Positions 51,082 to 63,595 of a stretch of DNA of 64,000 bases are shown here, piece by piece. The notes under the pieces were generated by a model that did no database searches, was not told the origin of the DNA, and worked only from the letters and a program-made list of their open reading frames with translations. Each line of letters begins with the position of its first letter. Within the stretch, counting starts at the first letter, position 1. The DNA is taken from contig NC_135809.1 in the NCBI RefSeq assembly GCF_964213995.1, positions 109,058,001 to 109,122,000 of the forward strand. The letters run 5' to 3'. The position numbers and the translations under genes are program-made. Origin of the DNA: Mustelus asterias. Its lineage: Eukaryota.

Positions 51082-52049
51082 GGGGGCGATTTTACCATTT
51101 TTCTTCTAAGTGCTGGGAGGACTTGAAATGGAGAGCGTTTCAGATCCATCCTTTGGGCGTGCTTTCAGTCCCCCCCCCCCCCCCCCACCTCCCCCACCCC
51201 ATACGCACTCTGCCTGCAAAACTTTGAGCAAGTCTGTTGCTTGGTGCAGAAGCCTGTGGGCGTGGCTTAACACACCCAAAACCCTGCAGAGGGAGGCAGT
51301 GCACATGTGCAGGCCTCTGATGCTGCGCATGCGCATTAGCAGTAGCAGGGGTCTGACAGAAAAGAGAGAGCTGTGAGGCCCCTGCTACTGCTGGCTACCT
51401 GAAGCAGCTTCACCCCCTGCAATTGTGAGGCCCCGCAGCCTGAGATGTAGCCGCCGCCGACACCCCTGCCGCCGAGACCGATCGTGGACCCGCCGTCCTC
51501 CCCCCACCGATTGTGGACTCGTCGCGCTCCCCCCCACCGATTGCTACAGAGTGGCAGAGGGCCCCCACTCCCTCCTTCCCCTCATTGATCCTGCCCCCAC
51601 TGGGCCCTCCCCCATTGGCACCCCCAGCACTGTCCAGTGGGCATCGTCCAGGTGCCAGACTGGCATTGCCCAGGTGCCAGGATGGCACTGTCAGTCTGGC
51701 CCTGCCCAAGGAGCCCCCCCCCCTTGCCCTCAGCTTCCCCTGGTGGCCTCAATGGCCTGTGGATCCACCAGCGAGGCCAAGTCGACTGCTTCCTGTTCAT
51801 GGGGAGCATGGCTGTTCCTCGCCGGCAAGAACCTTTACCGGCGAGATCATAAAGAGGGGCAGGCCCGGGCGATTGAGCGCCAGGCTCGCTAAGCAGATGT
51901 AAAATAGCATTAAAATAAATTTACATACATTAACCTGCCTCCCGCCCATTTCTGGTGAGAGGCTGACCACGCTGGAAATCCAGCGCTCGTAAAATGGCGA
52001 AGCGATTTACGCCCGACTTTACCACCACCTCAATGGTAAAATCGCCCCC
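51082..52049. mobile_element. Harbinger-type MITE in opposite orientation, same target site
   Basis: TIR GGGGGCGATTTTACCATT / AATGGTAAAATCGCCCCC; flanks TTA/TCA. Confidence 0.9.
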
Positions 52050-52190
52050 TCAGAATCAATCTCATAAAATTCTGCCCTGTGTCTCTTGTCCCACTATTCC
52101 ATGGATCAAAACATATATTTAAATGTTTCATTCTGATGCATTCAAGTCTATGCTTTACCTTTTAATCTCAGAATGACCATTCAATGACCA

Positions 52191-52291
52191 GGGGTGGGAT
52201 TTTCCAGCCGCCTGTGCCCCAAGATCTGAAGTTCTTGCCCAAGGTTAACGGACCGTTATTCCCCAGTGGACAGGATGGGAAAATTCACCCC
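52191..52291. mobile_element. ~100-bp MITE
   Basis: GGGGTGGGATTTTCC ... GGAAAATTCACCCC inverted ends; related to 1446-1571. Confidence 0.65.
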
Positions 52292-53419
52292 TGGTTTCTT
52301 TGATAAGTAACAACATCTCTATAGTTTATTCTAAAAACAGTCTTGTCAGGTAGAAATGCAAGGCTTATTTGCGCACAGCAGGAAATATGAAGGCCTGTTC
52401 ATTACACTTTCTAAATACCCTAACTCACACACAAATCAAAAAATAAAAGTAAAGGAATTAGTCAAAGGTTAAAAGTTAGTGGTTCAAAGGGAAAGGACAG
52501 TGGAGTCCATGAAATGACCACCTGGTTATAGAGCTGGTTTTTCAGATCTGTGAAATTATCAATGATTCTTGCATTGCTTTTCAGGAGGACTTGAGGAACA
52601 CTTCCAGGTATTCAATTCCAACATTGAGAGCAACTTAGGAGTAGTTTATATTCACTTCCAGCTGTGCACTAGCTCTGGACTGGAAAGAGCTGTGGTCTTC
52701 TTTACACAAACCGTTGGTCCTTTTTCTCCAAAGTAAAAACCAAAACCAACCTTTAAACACAGTTTTCCAGTCATGGGTTTTTCCAAATGTGACACCTTTT
52801 GTACACAATCCACAAGGGTCAAGAGATATTCGGCTTCTTTCAAACTCATTACTCACCTTTTTTTGTAAAATAATGTCTTTTCCAGGATTAGTAATCAGGT
52901 TAACGTTTCCAGCCGTCACAACTTCCAATTGAACAGGAAGAATCATCCCTTGGATTTGAGATGTGAATATATCAGCCTTTCAAATCAGTGAGCTCTGTAT
53001 TTGTTCAAGTTGTATATCATTAATTCAGATGGTGAACTAACCGTATCATATCAAACAAATGATGATTTTTTTAAATTGCAGATGTACAGAAGTTGCATGT
53101 TTAGTAGCATTTAAATTCCCTGTAAAAACTAATATTCACGGAATTTTGACATTTACCTGTTAGACATCAAATGCTGGAAACTGGGGCACAAACCTGGCAG
53201 TGGAAGTGTGTTAACGAAGTGTTCCTGAGGTTTACTGATGTCTCGCATTGGAGACAGTGCTCCTGTTGCTTCACAGCATGAATTCCATTAAAATTCCAAA
53301 GTGTATTTGCAATCAGGCTTCAACTTTCAGTGGTAGTGTGCGGTCATCGTAGTATGTTTGAAAGAACAGGCATTCAGTATCTGTCAGCAAGCTGCATCAC
53401 TGCTCCTCTTAAATCTGTC

Positions 53420-53722
53420 CTTTTCCCCTTAGTAGAATTATCAATAACCAGGGGGCATAGATTTAAGGTAAGGGGTTGGAGATTTAGAAGGTATTTGAGG
53501 AAAAACCTTTTCACCCAGATGGTGGTGGAAATTTGGAACTCACTACCTGAAAGGATCAAAGAGGCGGGAGTTCTCACAATATTTAAGAAGCATTTAGATG
53601 AGCATGAGAAACACCATAGCATACAAGGCTGTGGACCAAGTGTTGGAATTGGGATTAGAATAGATAGGTGCTTGATGGGAAGTGCAGACACAATGGGCTG
53701 AAGGGTCTCTTTCTGTGCAGTA
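53420..53722 (+). mobile_element. CR1 LINE 3' fragment
   Basis: TRGHRFKVRG..FTQMVVEIWNSLPE..FKKHLD. Confidence 0.85.
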
Positions 53723-54330
53723 AAAATCTATGGGCAGGATTCTCCAGCCTTGTGAGACAGTCGATGGGAATCCCAATGTCCCGCAGATTGGGGCATCAGC
53801 CAATAATCGGGATTCTTGATCGGCGTCAAGGGGATCTGAAGGGGTGTGGGGGCTGAGGGGGAAGGGGGTCTGAGGGGGGGGGTCTGCAAGAGGGGATTGG
53901 GTCAGGCCACCCTCATGCCTGCACGGTGTTGGGCGGGGTGGATTTATCCATTATTTGTGGATGAGAGGGAGGATGCCTCTCTTTGATTGATGGTACTCCC
54001 TTGGTCTGTGGTGAGAGAGGGGGGCGTCACAATTTCATTTTTTTTGTGGGGAGTGCAGTCTCCAATGCCCTGATCTCTGAACAGTGGGGCTGGCTGGCGG
54101 GTTTCCAAAAAATACCTGATTAGCATCTTTCAGGTGGATGAATCCCATCTGACAGACACTGTCAACACTGTCAGTGGGAAACACTCCTGTTTTCCCATCT
54201 TAATTTACCCTAATATTTGTTGTAAAACTTTAATCAATGATTTATTTAAATTCACAAACATTTATTTTCTGTTAATATATTTCTGCATTTAGGAGATGAG
54301 ATCATGGTGGGAATATTAAGTAATTCATGT

Positions 54331-54367
54331 CAGGAAGTAGAAACACCGATATAAATAACATGGCGGA
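54331..54367 (+). promoter_or_regulatory. Putative core promoter of gene 2
   Basis: ETS-type CAGGAAGT (54331), TATAAATA (54350), YY1-like ACATGGCGG (54358), about 60 nt upstream of a leader-like ATG. Confidence 0.45.
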
Positions 54368-54413
54368 AAACTGACTGCACAGAGCCCATTCTCAGGAGTT
54401 CAGCAAAACAGAC

Positions 54414-54474
54414 ATGTCTGCAATAGTGTCAAAGTTTGTTCTGTTTTGTGCGCTTTGCTATAGTGTGGACACAG
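54414..54474 (+). CDS. Putative signal-peptide exon of gene 2: MSAIVSKFVLFCALCYSVDT
   Basis: Basic-hydrophobic-small residue pattern downstream of TATA; donor uncertain (weak A|gtgtgg at 54462, or a damaged G|aagt at 54474). Confidence 0.4.
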
Positions 54475-54769
54475 AAGTGCAAAAACAAATGAACTAACCA
54501 GTTGCCTAAGTGTTTCAATTCAAACCTCAATCAATTTGTTAAATAGTGCTTGGAAATAGTTCATGGCATTTTTCAAATTCATTTTTGGGGTATGGTGAAA
54601 AACATAGACCGGAGAGCTCGCTGTCACCACAAATGAAAGAAGAACTCTGAAGCAGGTGATCCTGGACATCTACCATTTTGAATTCTGTTCAACAGCACCT
54701 AACCCAAGGTGACCAACATCAGAATAAGAATACTTTATTCCTTACAAGTGAGAGGAGAGTTAGGTACAG

Positions 54770-54985
54770 TAGATTTATCAGCCTTCAATCCCATCAATTT
54801 CCCCAACACCATTTTCCTATTAATACTGATTTCCTTCAGTTCCTCCCTTTCAATAAGTCCTATGTTCCCCAATATTTCTGGTATATTTGTGAAGACAAAA
54901 CAAAAGTACGTATTTAGTTGGTCGGACATTTTTTGTTCTCCATTATAAATTCCCCTGTTTCTGACTGTAAGGTACCTAATTTGTT
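54770..54985 (-). mobile_element. CR1 LINE ORF2 internal fragment
   Basis: LNTYFCFVFT...ELKEISIN..MVLGKLMGLKADKS. Confidence 0.75.
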
Positions 54986-55489
54986 CAGCTGTCCCCTTTA
55001 CAATACATGAAAAATCTCAGCCCAGTTGAACTTGACTCCTTTAAGCCAATTGTGGCCAAGAAGGCCTGTTCCTTCACCCATCACTATTACCACTGGGAGC
55101 TGGGTAGACTTTTGTCCATGGCTTACAGGTACCATTGTGGTGTCTTTTATTTCTATTGCTTCTCCCATATAAGTCTTTAACTTAGCAGAAGAGTTCTCCA
55201 AGTCCAATGGTTGGACTCCATCTCTTAAGTACTGAAATGTATGCTCACCCACGACAGTGCCTGATGCCCTTGTATCTACTTCCACATTAAGAGCTTCCCA
55301 TTTACCCGGAGTGTTACAATAATAGGGTCTATCTTGCCTGTTTTTTGATTAGACAGAGTGTGAATACAAGAAACATTGGTGCTAGGCTCTTCCACATTGG
55401 AACATTTTGGTTGATCACGTATTCAGCGATCTTGACGTAGCTCTGTGCTGCTTTATCAAATATCCGCTTTTGTGACAATAAAAGCACTG

Positions 55490-58400
55490 AACTGCTACAG
55501 AGCATCCTGAAAAGGGAGGATGATGGGTTAAAAGTGATAGTACATGTTGGTACCAATGACATAGGTATTAAAAGGGATGAGATCCTGCAGAGTGAATATA
55601 AGGAGTTAGGCAGAAGATTAAAAAGCAGGACCTCAAGGGTAGTAATCTCTGGATTACTCCTGGTGCCGTGTGCTGCTGAGAGTAGGAATAGGAAGACAGG
55701 GCAGATGAATGTGTGGCTGAGGAGCTAAGGCAGGGGGCAGGAATTCTGATTTTTGGAACTGTTTTGGGGCAGAGGTGACCTGTACTAGAGGGACAGGTTG
55801 CACCTGAACTGGAGGGGGAATATACTGGTGGGGAGATTTGCTAAAGCTACTTGGGAGGGTTTAAACTAGTCTGACAGGGGGGTGGGGCACTAAAGAGTAG
55901 TGAGACAAAAGTGGATGTTGAGGCAAATACAGACAAGGCAGGTATGAGCATGGCAGGGAACAAGGGAATATTTTTGAATTAAACTGCAATTATTTCAATG
56001 CAAGAGACCTTGAAGGTAAGGCAGATGAACTCTGGGCATGGGTGGGTACATGGGATTGGGATACCACAGCTATCACAGAAACTTGGCTGAGGGAAGGACA
56101 GGACTGGCAGCTCAATGCTCCAGGATACAGATGATATAAGAAGGATAGAAGGGGAGGGGAGAGAGGAGGGGGAGTTGCATTTTTGATTAGGGAAAACATC
56201 ACAGCAGTATTTAGGTTATTCCTGCGGGATCGTCCAGTGAGGCTATATGGATGGAACTGAGAAATAAGAAGGGGGTGATCACTTTGATGCGATTGTACAA
56301 TAGGCCCACCAATAGTCAGCGGGAAATTGAAGAGCAAATATGTAGGGAGGTTGCAGATAACTGCAAGAATAATGGGGTTGTAATCGTGGGGGATTTTAAC
56401 TTTCCAAAACATAGACTTGGACATAGTGTTAAGGGCTTGAATGGGGAAGAATTTGTTAAGTGCGTTCAGGAAAAGTTTGTCAATCAATATGTAGATGGCC
56501 CTACTAGAGAAGGGGCAAAACCTGACCTCCTCATGGGAAATAAGGCAGGGCAAGTAACTGAAGTGTTAGTGGGGGATCACTTTGGGATCAGTGACCATAA
56601 TTCAATTAGTTCTAAAATAGTTACGGAAAAGGATGGGTCTTGTCCACAAGTTAAAGTTCTAAATTGAGGCAAGGCCAATTTTGATGGTATTAGACAGGAA
56701 CTTTCAAAAGTTGATTGGGAGAGGCAGTTCACCGGTAAAGAAACATCTGGCAAGTGGAAAGCTTTCAAAAGTGAGATAACAAGAGTTCCAGGCCAGCATG
56801 TTCCTGTTAGAGTGAAGGGCAAGGCTGGCAGGAGTAAGAAACACCGGATGACAAGAGATATTGAAGCTCTGATCAATAAAAATAAGAAAACACCATGCCA
56901 GGTATAGGCAGCTGGGGTCAAGTGAATCCCTTGAAAAGTATAAGGGTGTGGGAGTACACTTAAAAGGGAAATCAGGAGGGCAAAAAGGGGACATGAAGTA
57001 GCTTTGGGAGAAAGTGTAAAGGAGAATCCAAAGAGATTCTATTAGTCTATTAAGAGCAAAGGAGTGACTGGGGAGAGAATTAAAGATCAATAAGGTCATC
57101 TATGTGTGGAGCCACAGGCGAAGATTGAGATCCTAAACAAATATCTCTCATTAGTGTTTACCGTGAGAGAGACATGGAAGCTAGGGAACTTGGGGAAGTA
57201 AATAGTGATGTCTTGAAAAGTGTCCACATTGCAGAAGGGGAAGTACTGGAGATATTAAAATACATAAAGGTAGATAAATCCCTGGGACCTGATCACGTGT
57301 ATCCCAGGACATTGTGGTTAGCTAGGGAAGAAATTGTGGGGCCCCTAGCGAAGATATTTGTAACATCGACAACCACAGGTGAGGTGCCGGAAGACTGAGG
57401 GGAGGCAAATGTTCTGCCGTCATTTAAGAAAGGCGGCAGGGAAAAACCAGGGAACTACAGACTGGTGAGCCGAACGTCAGTGGTGGGTAAGTTGTTGGAA
57501 GGGATTCTGAGGGACAGGATCTACATGTATTTGGAAAGTCAAGAACTGATGAGGGATAGTCAGCACAGCTTTGAGCATGGGAAATCATGTCTTCTAAATT
57601 TGATAGTGGTTTTTGAAGGGGTGACCAAGTAAATAGCTGAAGGCAGTGCGTAGACGTTGTCTACATGGACTTTAGGAAGGCCTTCGACAAGATACTGCAT
57701 GTTAGACTGATCAGTAAGGTTAGATCACATGGAATCCAGGGAAAACTAACGAATTGGATACAAAATTGGCTTGCCGGTAGGAAACAGAGGGTAGAATGTT
57801 ATATCTCAGACTGGCGGCCTGTGACCAGTAGTGTGCCGCAGGGGTTGCTGCTGGGTCCATTGTTGTTTGTCATTTATATAAATGATATGGTTGAGAATAT
57901 AGGAGGCATGGTTAGTAAGTTTGTGGATGACACCAAAATTGGTGGTGTCGTGGACAGGGAAGAAGGTTATCTAAGACTGCAATGGGATCTTGATCAACTG
58001 AGCCAGTGGGCCGAGGAATGGCAGATGGAGTTTAGTTCAAATAAATATGAGGTGTTGCATTTTGGTAAGACAAACCAGGGCAGGACTTACACAGTTATTG
58101 GTAGTGACCTGGGAAGTGTTTCCTTGAAAGTAGTGTCACAGGTAGGCAGGGTGGTGAAGAAGGTGTTTGGCACACTTGCCTTCATTGGTCAGAGCATTGA
58201 ACACAGGAGTTGGGACATTATGTTACAACTGTACAAGACACTGGTAAGGCCACATTTGGAGTACTGTGTACAATTCTGACCGCCCTGCTATAGGAAGGAT
58301 GTTATTAAACTGGAAAGGGTGCAAAAGAGATTTACAAGGATGTCACTGGGACTGGAAGATTTGAATTATAACGAGAGACTGGGAATTTTTTCACTGGAGC

Positions 58401-59046
58401 GTAGGAGAATGAGGGGTGACCTTATAGAGGTTTATAAAATCATGTGGAGCATACATAAGGTGAATAGCGAAGGTCTTTTCCTCAGGTTAGGGGAGTCCAA
58501 AATTAGAGGGAATAGCTTTCAGGTGAAATTTGAAAGTTTTACAAGGGACCTGAGGGGCAACCTTTTCACACAAATCTTTTTAAAAATTCATTTATAGGTC
58601 ATGGGCATCGCTGGCTGGCCAGCATTTATTGCCCATCCCTAGTTGTCCTCGTTCAGAGGGCAATTGAGAGTCAACCACATTGCTGTGACTCTGGAGTCAC
58701 ATGTAGGCCAGACCAGGTAAGGACAGCAGATTTCCTTCCCTAAAGGACATTAGTGAACCAGATGGTTTTTCCGACAATCGGCAATGGGTATTTGGAATGA
58801 GCTGCCAAAGGTGGTGGTGAGGCGGGTACAATTACAACATTTAAATGACATTTGGACAGGTACACGGATAGAAAAGGTTTAATAATATTTAGTAATATAA
58901 TATTTTATATTAGGAATATAATATTTAGGGATATGGGCCAAATGCAGGCAAATGGGACAGGTTCAGTTTAGGAAACCTAGTCAGAATGGACGAGTTGGGC
59001 CTACTGGCCTGTTTCCGTGCTGTATGTCTCCAAGACTCTGTGACTC
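55490..59046 (+). mobile_element. Long degenerate CR1 LINE (ORF1 esterase end, endonuclease, RT, 3' UTR)
   Basis: VIVHVGTNDI; ITETW, VIVGDFNFP, SDHN; MDFRKAFDK, VPQG..LGPLLF, SKFVDDTK; RPHLEYCVQF; many stops. Confidence 0.93.
58575..58785 (-). mobile_element. 3' half of the SINE family seen at 8683, inserted in CR1
   Basis: Reverse complement of 8850-9074 type sequence. Confidence 0.8.
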
Positions 59047-60154
59047 AGCCTCCTTAAACTGACATGATTCAGGAATAACGCCTGCAAGCAATGTGCATTG
59101 AATAGTGTTGCTGGTGAAGCCACAGACGAACCTATCCTGTAGCTCATTTAGGGTGGCTCCAAATTCATAATACTCTGGTAATTGCTTCAGTTTAGAAATG
59201 TAAGTCATGATCAATTCAGCTGAGGGTCTCACCCTTGAATTAAGTTTGAACAACTGGAGCCTGACTGATGGTCAGGTTAGAATTAATCCTTCACTAAATC
59301 CACAAGCTCACTGAATGATTTGGAGTTGGGGCTATAAGACTGCAAATAAAGTTATAGATCTGAGCTCCACAAACACTCAGGAGAATTGCTTTACATTTTG
59401 CCTTGGTCCTTATTTCATTTTGTTAGAAATAATACCCAACGCGGTATTGTGTCCAATCCTTCGTGGAGGAGTCAAATGTGTTTGTTCACCCTAAGAGAGG
59501 CATTCTGGTGAGTACTCTTTTTTCTCAAACTTTCATTAAAACATGATACTCACAGGTGGCAGGCCAGAGATAATGTCAGGATAACTTATCCTCGTCGCCA
59601 GATGTAAAGACCCACTTTCACAGACTTCATTAGTGAACACAAAAAGTACTTATGAATAAGAATTGTACCGCAGCCTCATGGCTGTAACTAGTTCCCAAAA
59701 TGTCTCTGCCAAGGAGCCTCTCTCACCATGGCTGATTCCACACTCTTGAGTCCCGATTGGTCACCGAGGCCATGTGATCCTTACTCTGCTGTGTTGCCCT
59801 GAAAGGGGCAATCACCGCAGCTTCTCTGTTCATTTGTTCAAAATATTACTGATACTTGCTTTGTGGATTTTGACACCTATGTGAACATGAAATGGAGGCA
59901 TTAAGGCAGCATATCATCAGGCCCGGCGTGTCACTGAATAAGGTGCAATACACTCAGTTATATAATCAATAAGGAGCCTGAACATTTGGTTCTTTTTCCC
60001 TTCACTCTCCACATGGACGCATGGGACAGATCTGTATGTTGCTTGTTTAAATTTGGTAGAAATCCACAAATATGTTTTGTAGACAAAACCATATAATTTT
60101 GTTATTGAGGTACATGTTGTTTGATGATTTTATAATTTTGCCTTTTTTTTAAAG

Positions 60155-60490
60155 ACACAAGAGATCTGGAGATATTTCAAAGTCCACTGAAAGTATTAAA
60201 TGAAGATGTTCTCCTGAAGTCCAAGGTAACTGGCCTTGTTGGTGACACCATTGACCTAAACAAGTTAGGAGTCCAATGGATGCTTGAGGGACAAACTGAA
60301 GTGTATTCATTCTTTGGAGGAGAACATATCACAAAGCGACCTGGAGGATACATTTCTCAGAGTGATTTACTAACTGGAGATGCTTCACTTTATCTTCCAA
60401 AAGTACAGTTAAGAGACGAAGGAAGATACACTTGCATTGTGTACATTACTGCTGAAAAAGTAAAAAAGACTTCAGCAATGCAGGTGTCAG
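60155..60490 (+). CDS. IgV exon of gene 2, B7-H6/NCR3LG1-like (112 codons, phase 1-1)
   Basis: ccttttttttaaAG| ... TCAG|gtaagg; DLEIFQSPLKVLNEDVLLKSKV...LGVQW...VYSFFGGEHITKRPG...GDASLYLPKVQLRDEGRYTCIV resembles the B7-H6 V domain (FEFFGDH..FRPGA..GDASLRLP). Confidence 0.85.
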
Positions 60491-61387
60491 GTAAGGATTA
60501 CAAAAACGCATGTTGTACTTTTGCATTAAATTAGATCAGAAAATGCATCAGTCGATAAATAATGCTTATTTCCCGCTCTGTCCTGTAACTTTGGCAGGAG
60601 CTACCAGAAACCTTGTTTATACACATAAGCAATCTTTCTGCACCATTTCCTGTGAGTGGAGGAAGCCACATGGCATTTACAGGAGTTAATGCCAGTCAGA
60701 GCTGCCCCTGGTTGAGTTTGTGGAGACGTCAGAGAGTCATTTAACTTAAATATGCCTGGCATGTTCTGCAGCGCTCTGGATGTATCTCAGATGTCTACAT
60801 TCATCCTGAGCTTCTATGCTGACACATAGGGGGTGATTTTACCATCGCGTTGCACCCAATTTCGATTTCCCCTTTACCAAGGCCCGAAAATGGCCGCGAT
60901 TGGGACTGCACCCGAAACGGGCACGACGGCCATTTAAATGTATTTGTACGTATTTCAATACACTTAACGGACTGCATGCCTAACTTTACCAGCATTTCCC
61001 CTTTTACCACCGCGTTCGCCAATCCGGAATCAGCGTGAATCAGACATGCTCCATAAAAGTCCGATTCGGGTGCTCCATCAGTGAGAGTTAGTGAGGAGGT
61101 ATGTGCCTCGCGTCTGACAGCTCTCTGCTGCTTACGGGGGTCCTTTCATTGCGGCCATTTTGTTTCTCGGTTTGGGGGGGAGATTTGCGAATGTGTGGGG
61201 GAGTGAGGGGCTGTTGTTCAGCATGGCGTCCGATGTCCGATTTGCAACATGGACCCAGGTCTCAGCACTGACCTCGGGTCTTGTGGATGCTGCTGGGTCC
61301 TGGTGCACTCATCACTCTTCCAGCTGAAGGATGTGCACAAAGCCCTTCCAAATTGCATTGCTGCAGCCTCAGAACCTTTCAAGGAAC

Positions 61388-61618
61388 TGTGATTCTGGGG
61401 AGCATGTGGGTGGGAGAATGGGAGGTCTGTGATTCTGCGGAGCATGTGGGTGGGAGAATGGGGGGTCTGCGATTCTGGGGAGCATGTGGGTGGGAGAATG
61501 GGGGTCTGTGATTCTGGGGAGCATGTGGGTGGGAGAATGGGGGGTCTGTGATTCTGGGGAGCATGTGGATGGGGAAAAGGGGGGGGTCTGTGATTCTGGG
61601 GAGCATGTGGGTAGGGGA
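61388..61618 (+). repeat. ~40-bp G-rich minisatellite, about 6 copies
   Basis: (tgtgattctggggagcatgtgggtgggagaatggggggtc)n. Confidence 0.92.
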
Positions 61619-61749
61619 ATGGGCAGTATAGACAGTGTGTATTGCTGGGCTAGGGGTAAGCAGGTGTAGAGGTTCCTCAACCTCTACATGTGTTCCTCTC
61701 CATCTCTAACACCACCCCCCCCCCCACCCCCCGTCCTTTCAGAGTGACC

Positions 61750-63000
61750 AGAAGGCTTTTGCGATGTAACCAATTGATTTTGCTGTTCTTTTGTTGCTGC
61801 TGGAGCTGAGGAGGAGGAGCAGGTGAAAGAATTGCGGGCACAGGAGGCCTGGGCCTTGCCACTTGCAGGAGTGGGGGGAGATGGCCAACAGAGCAGGAGG
61901 TGGCCGCGTTTCGCCCAGAGGGGGCGGGGGGGGGGGGGGGGGGCGCAGGAGAAGGAGGGAGCGGAGATCTCAGCAGTTCCATGCACGTGTGTCATTTGAA
62001 CAGATGTTGGACACTGTGTGCCATCGACGGCTCCGCCTCTGAAAGGAGACAGTGCAACACCTGTGCCACCTGTTGCAGGACCTGGCACCGAGGGGCAGGG
62101 GGCACCCACTGTCGGCTGTCAAATTGATGGCCACTCTGAACTTTTATGCGACTGGCTCTTTCCAGACCCCTAGCGGAGATGTACGTGGCATTTCCCAGTC
62201 AGCTGCGTACACCTGTGTCAAGCAGGTCACGGAAACCCTGTATGCCTGGGCTGAGCAGTACATCAAATTTAACCATGACCAAGCCCATCAGGAAGCCTGG
62301 GCTGCAAGGTTTGCGGCCATTTTGGGGATGCCTAACATACAGGGGGCCATCGACTGCACCCATGTCGCCCTCAAGGCCCCGCTGCAAAAGACATGAAGAT
62401 TCATCAACAAAAAGGGGTTCCACTCCCTGAATGTACAACTAGTGTGTGACCACAACATGAACATTGTGCACATCTGTGCAGCGTGCACGACAGCGTCGTT
62501 CTCAGGAGCTCTGACACACCGGAGGCCTTTGAGGAGGAGACCAGGTGGCTTGTGGGTAATATGGGTTACCCACTTTGGACATGGCTGATGACGTCTGTAC
62601 GGATGCCTGTGTCTGAGGCGGAAACCCGCTATAATGAGGCCCTTGTAGCTGCCCATGCGATAGTAGAGAGGTGTACAGAGCTCCTGAAAATGCGGTTCCG
62701 CTGCCTGGACCGCTCTGGCGCGGCCCTACAATACAGCCCTGTGATCTCTTCCCACGTTGTGGTGGTGTGCTGTGCCCGACACAACCTGGCACAGCAGAGA
62801 GGTGACCTATTGGAGGAGGAGGAGGACGTGGAGGCTGACCAATCGGCATCGTTGGGGAGGAGGCCCAGCAGGAGAAGAAGGAAGAGGAGGAGGAAGAAGA
62901 GGAGGAGCACACTGAGCAACACCACCCAGGTGCTGGAGGGCTGGCAGCTCGAAAGAGGCATGTGAGGGCAGCTTGGGAGACCCTGATCACCAGGCGGTTC
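61750..63000 (+). pseudogene. Harbinger (HARBI1-like) transposase pseudogene
   Basis: LNFYATGSFQ, GISQS, QGAIDCTHV, KKGFHSLNVQLVCD, HDS, GYP, IVERC..LKMRFRCLD, CCARHN; stop at 62394, YPG motif deleted, second catalytic D reads N (GNMGYP). Confidence 0.92.
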
Positions 63001-63535
63001 AGCCTCTAGAGGCCTGTGTTTGTGGGTTCCATTCCCCCCTCCCCCACAAAGTCCTTCTATCTCCTGCAACATCATCACACCAGGGTGGTGGGCCTGGGTA
63101 CACTATGTTAGATAGTGTCTTTGGCAGGCAGGAGGGTGATGACAACTCGCTAAGCACCAATATGATGCCCTGGTGCAAACTAGTTTGACTCCTACCTGAG
63201 CTCCGCATGCACGCTGGCACCTGGGCCCATGTCTGTGTAGTGGGTAAGGGATCTGAAACCCCCATACAGGGCCCTGGGGCGGGTGGGGTGGGGGAAGGGA
63301 GGGAATCATTCATGGGTTCTGGGGAACCAATGGCTTCCTTTTCTTAGTGACACAGCATTGAGGGTCCCCCCAAACTAACATCAACATGAAGCATCGCTCT
63401 GGCGATCATCAATGGAAAAGGATTCCTGTTCAAATCAAATCTGAGACAAATTAATCACAGGTGAGTGGTGAAAAAACATTTATTGTTTACAATGAAAGTG
63501 TCTAAATAATAAGTGCTAACATAAAAACTTGTGAA

Positions 63536-63595
63536 CAGAAAACAAAGAACAATACAGCACAGGAACAGGCCCTTCGGCCCTCCAAGCCCGCACCA
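63536..63595 (-). mobile_element. Very short CR1 3' tail, same family as 39209
   Basis: Reverse complement of 39650-39713; absent at the equivalent site of the first Harbinger (about 9425). Confidence 0.75.

Larger units (their letters stand above)
48198..52077. mobile_element. Outer non-autonomous Harbinger-type element hosting four insertions
   Basis: TIRs GGGCGTAATCTTAC / ATAAAATTCTGCCC; 3-bp TSD TGT (48195, 52078). Confidence 0.7.
54990..59830 (-). mobile_element. Gypsy LTR-retrotransposon remnant (LTR, PBS, gag, protease) split by a CR1 insertion
   Basis: PBS TGGCGACGAGG at 59590-59600 (-) next to the LTR end at 59603; gag EFGATLNE..DRFVCG (59050-59250); protease MEVDTRAS...LLGHNWL (54998-55330). 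Confidence 0.8.

Noticed and set aside
52635-52946. ORFs in unique AT-rich sequence (also 47629-47874)
   Set aside because: No recognisable motifs or convincing splice-site pairs.
61750-63000. Domesticated HARBI1 gene or active transposase
   Set aside because: Stop, frameshifting deletion and catalytic D-to-N change; it lies within a TIR-bounded repeat.
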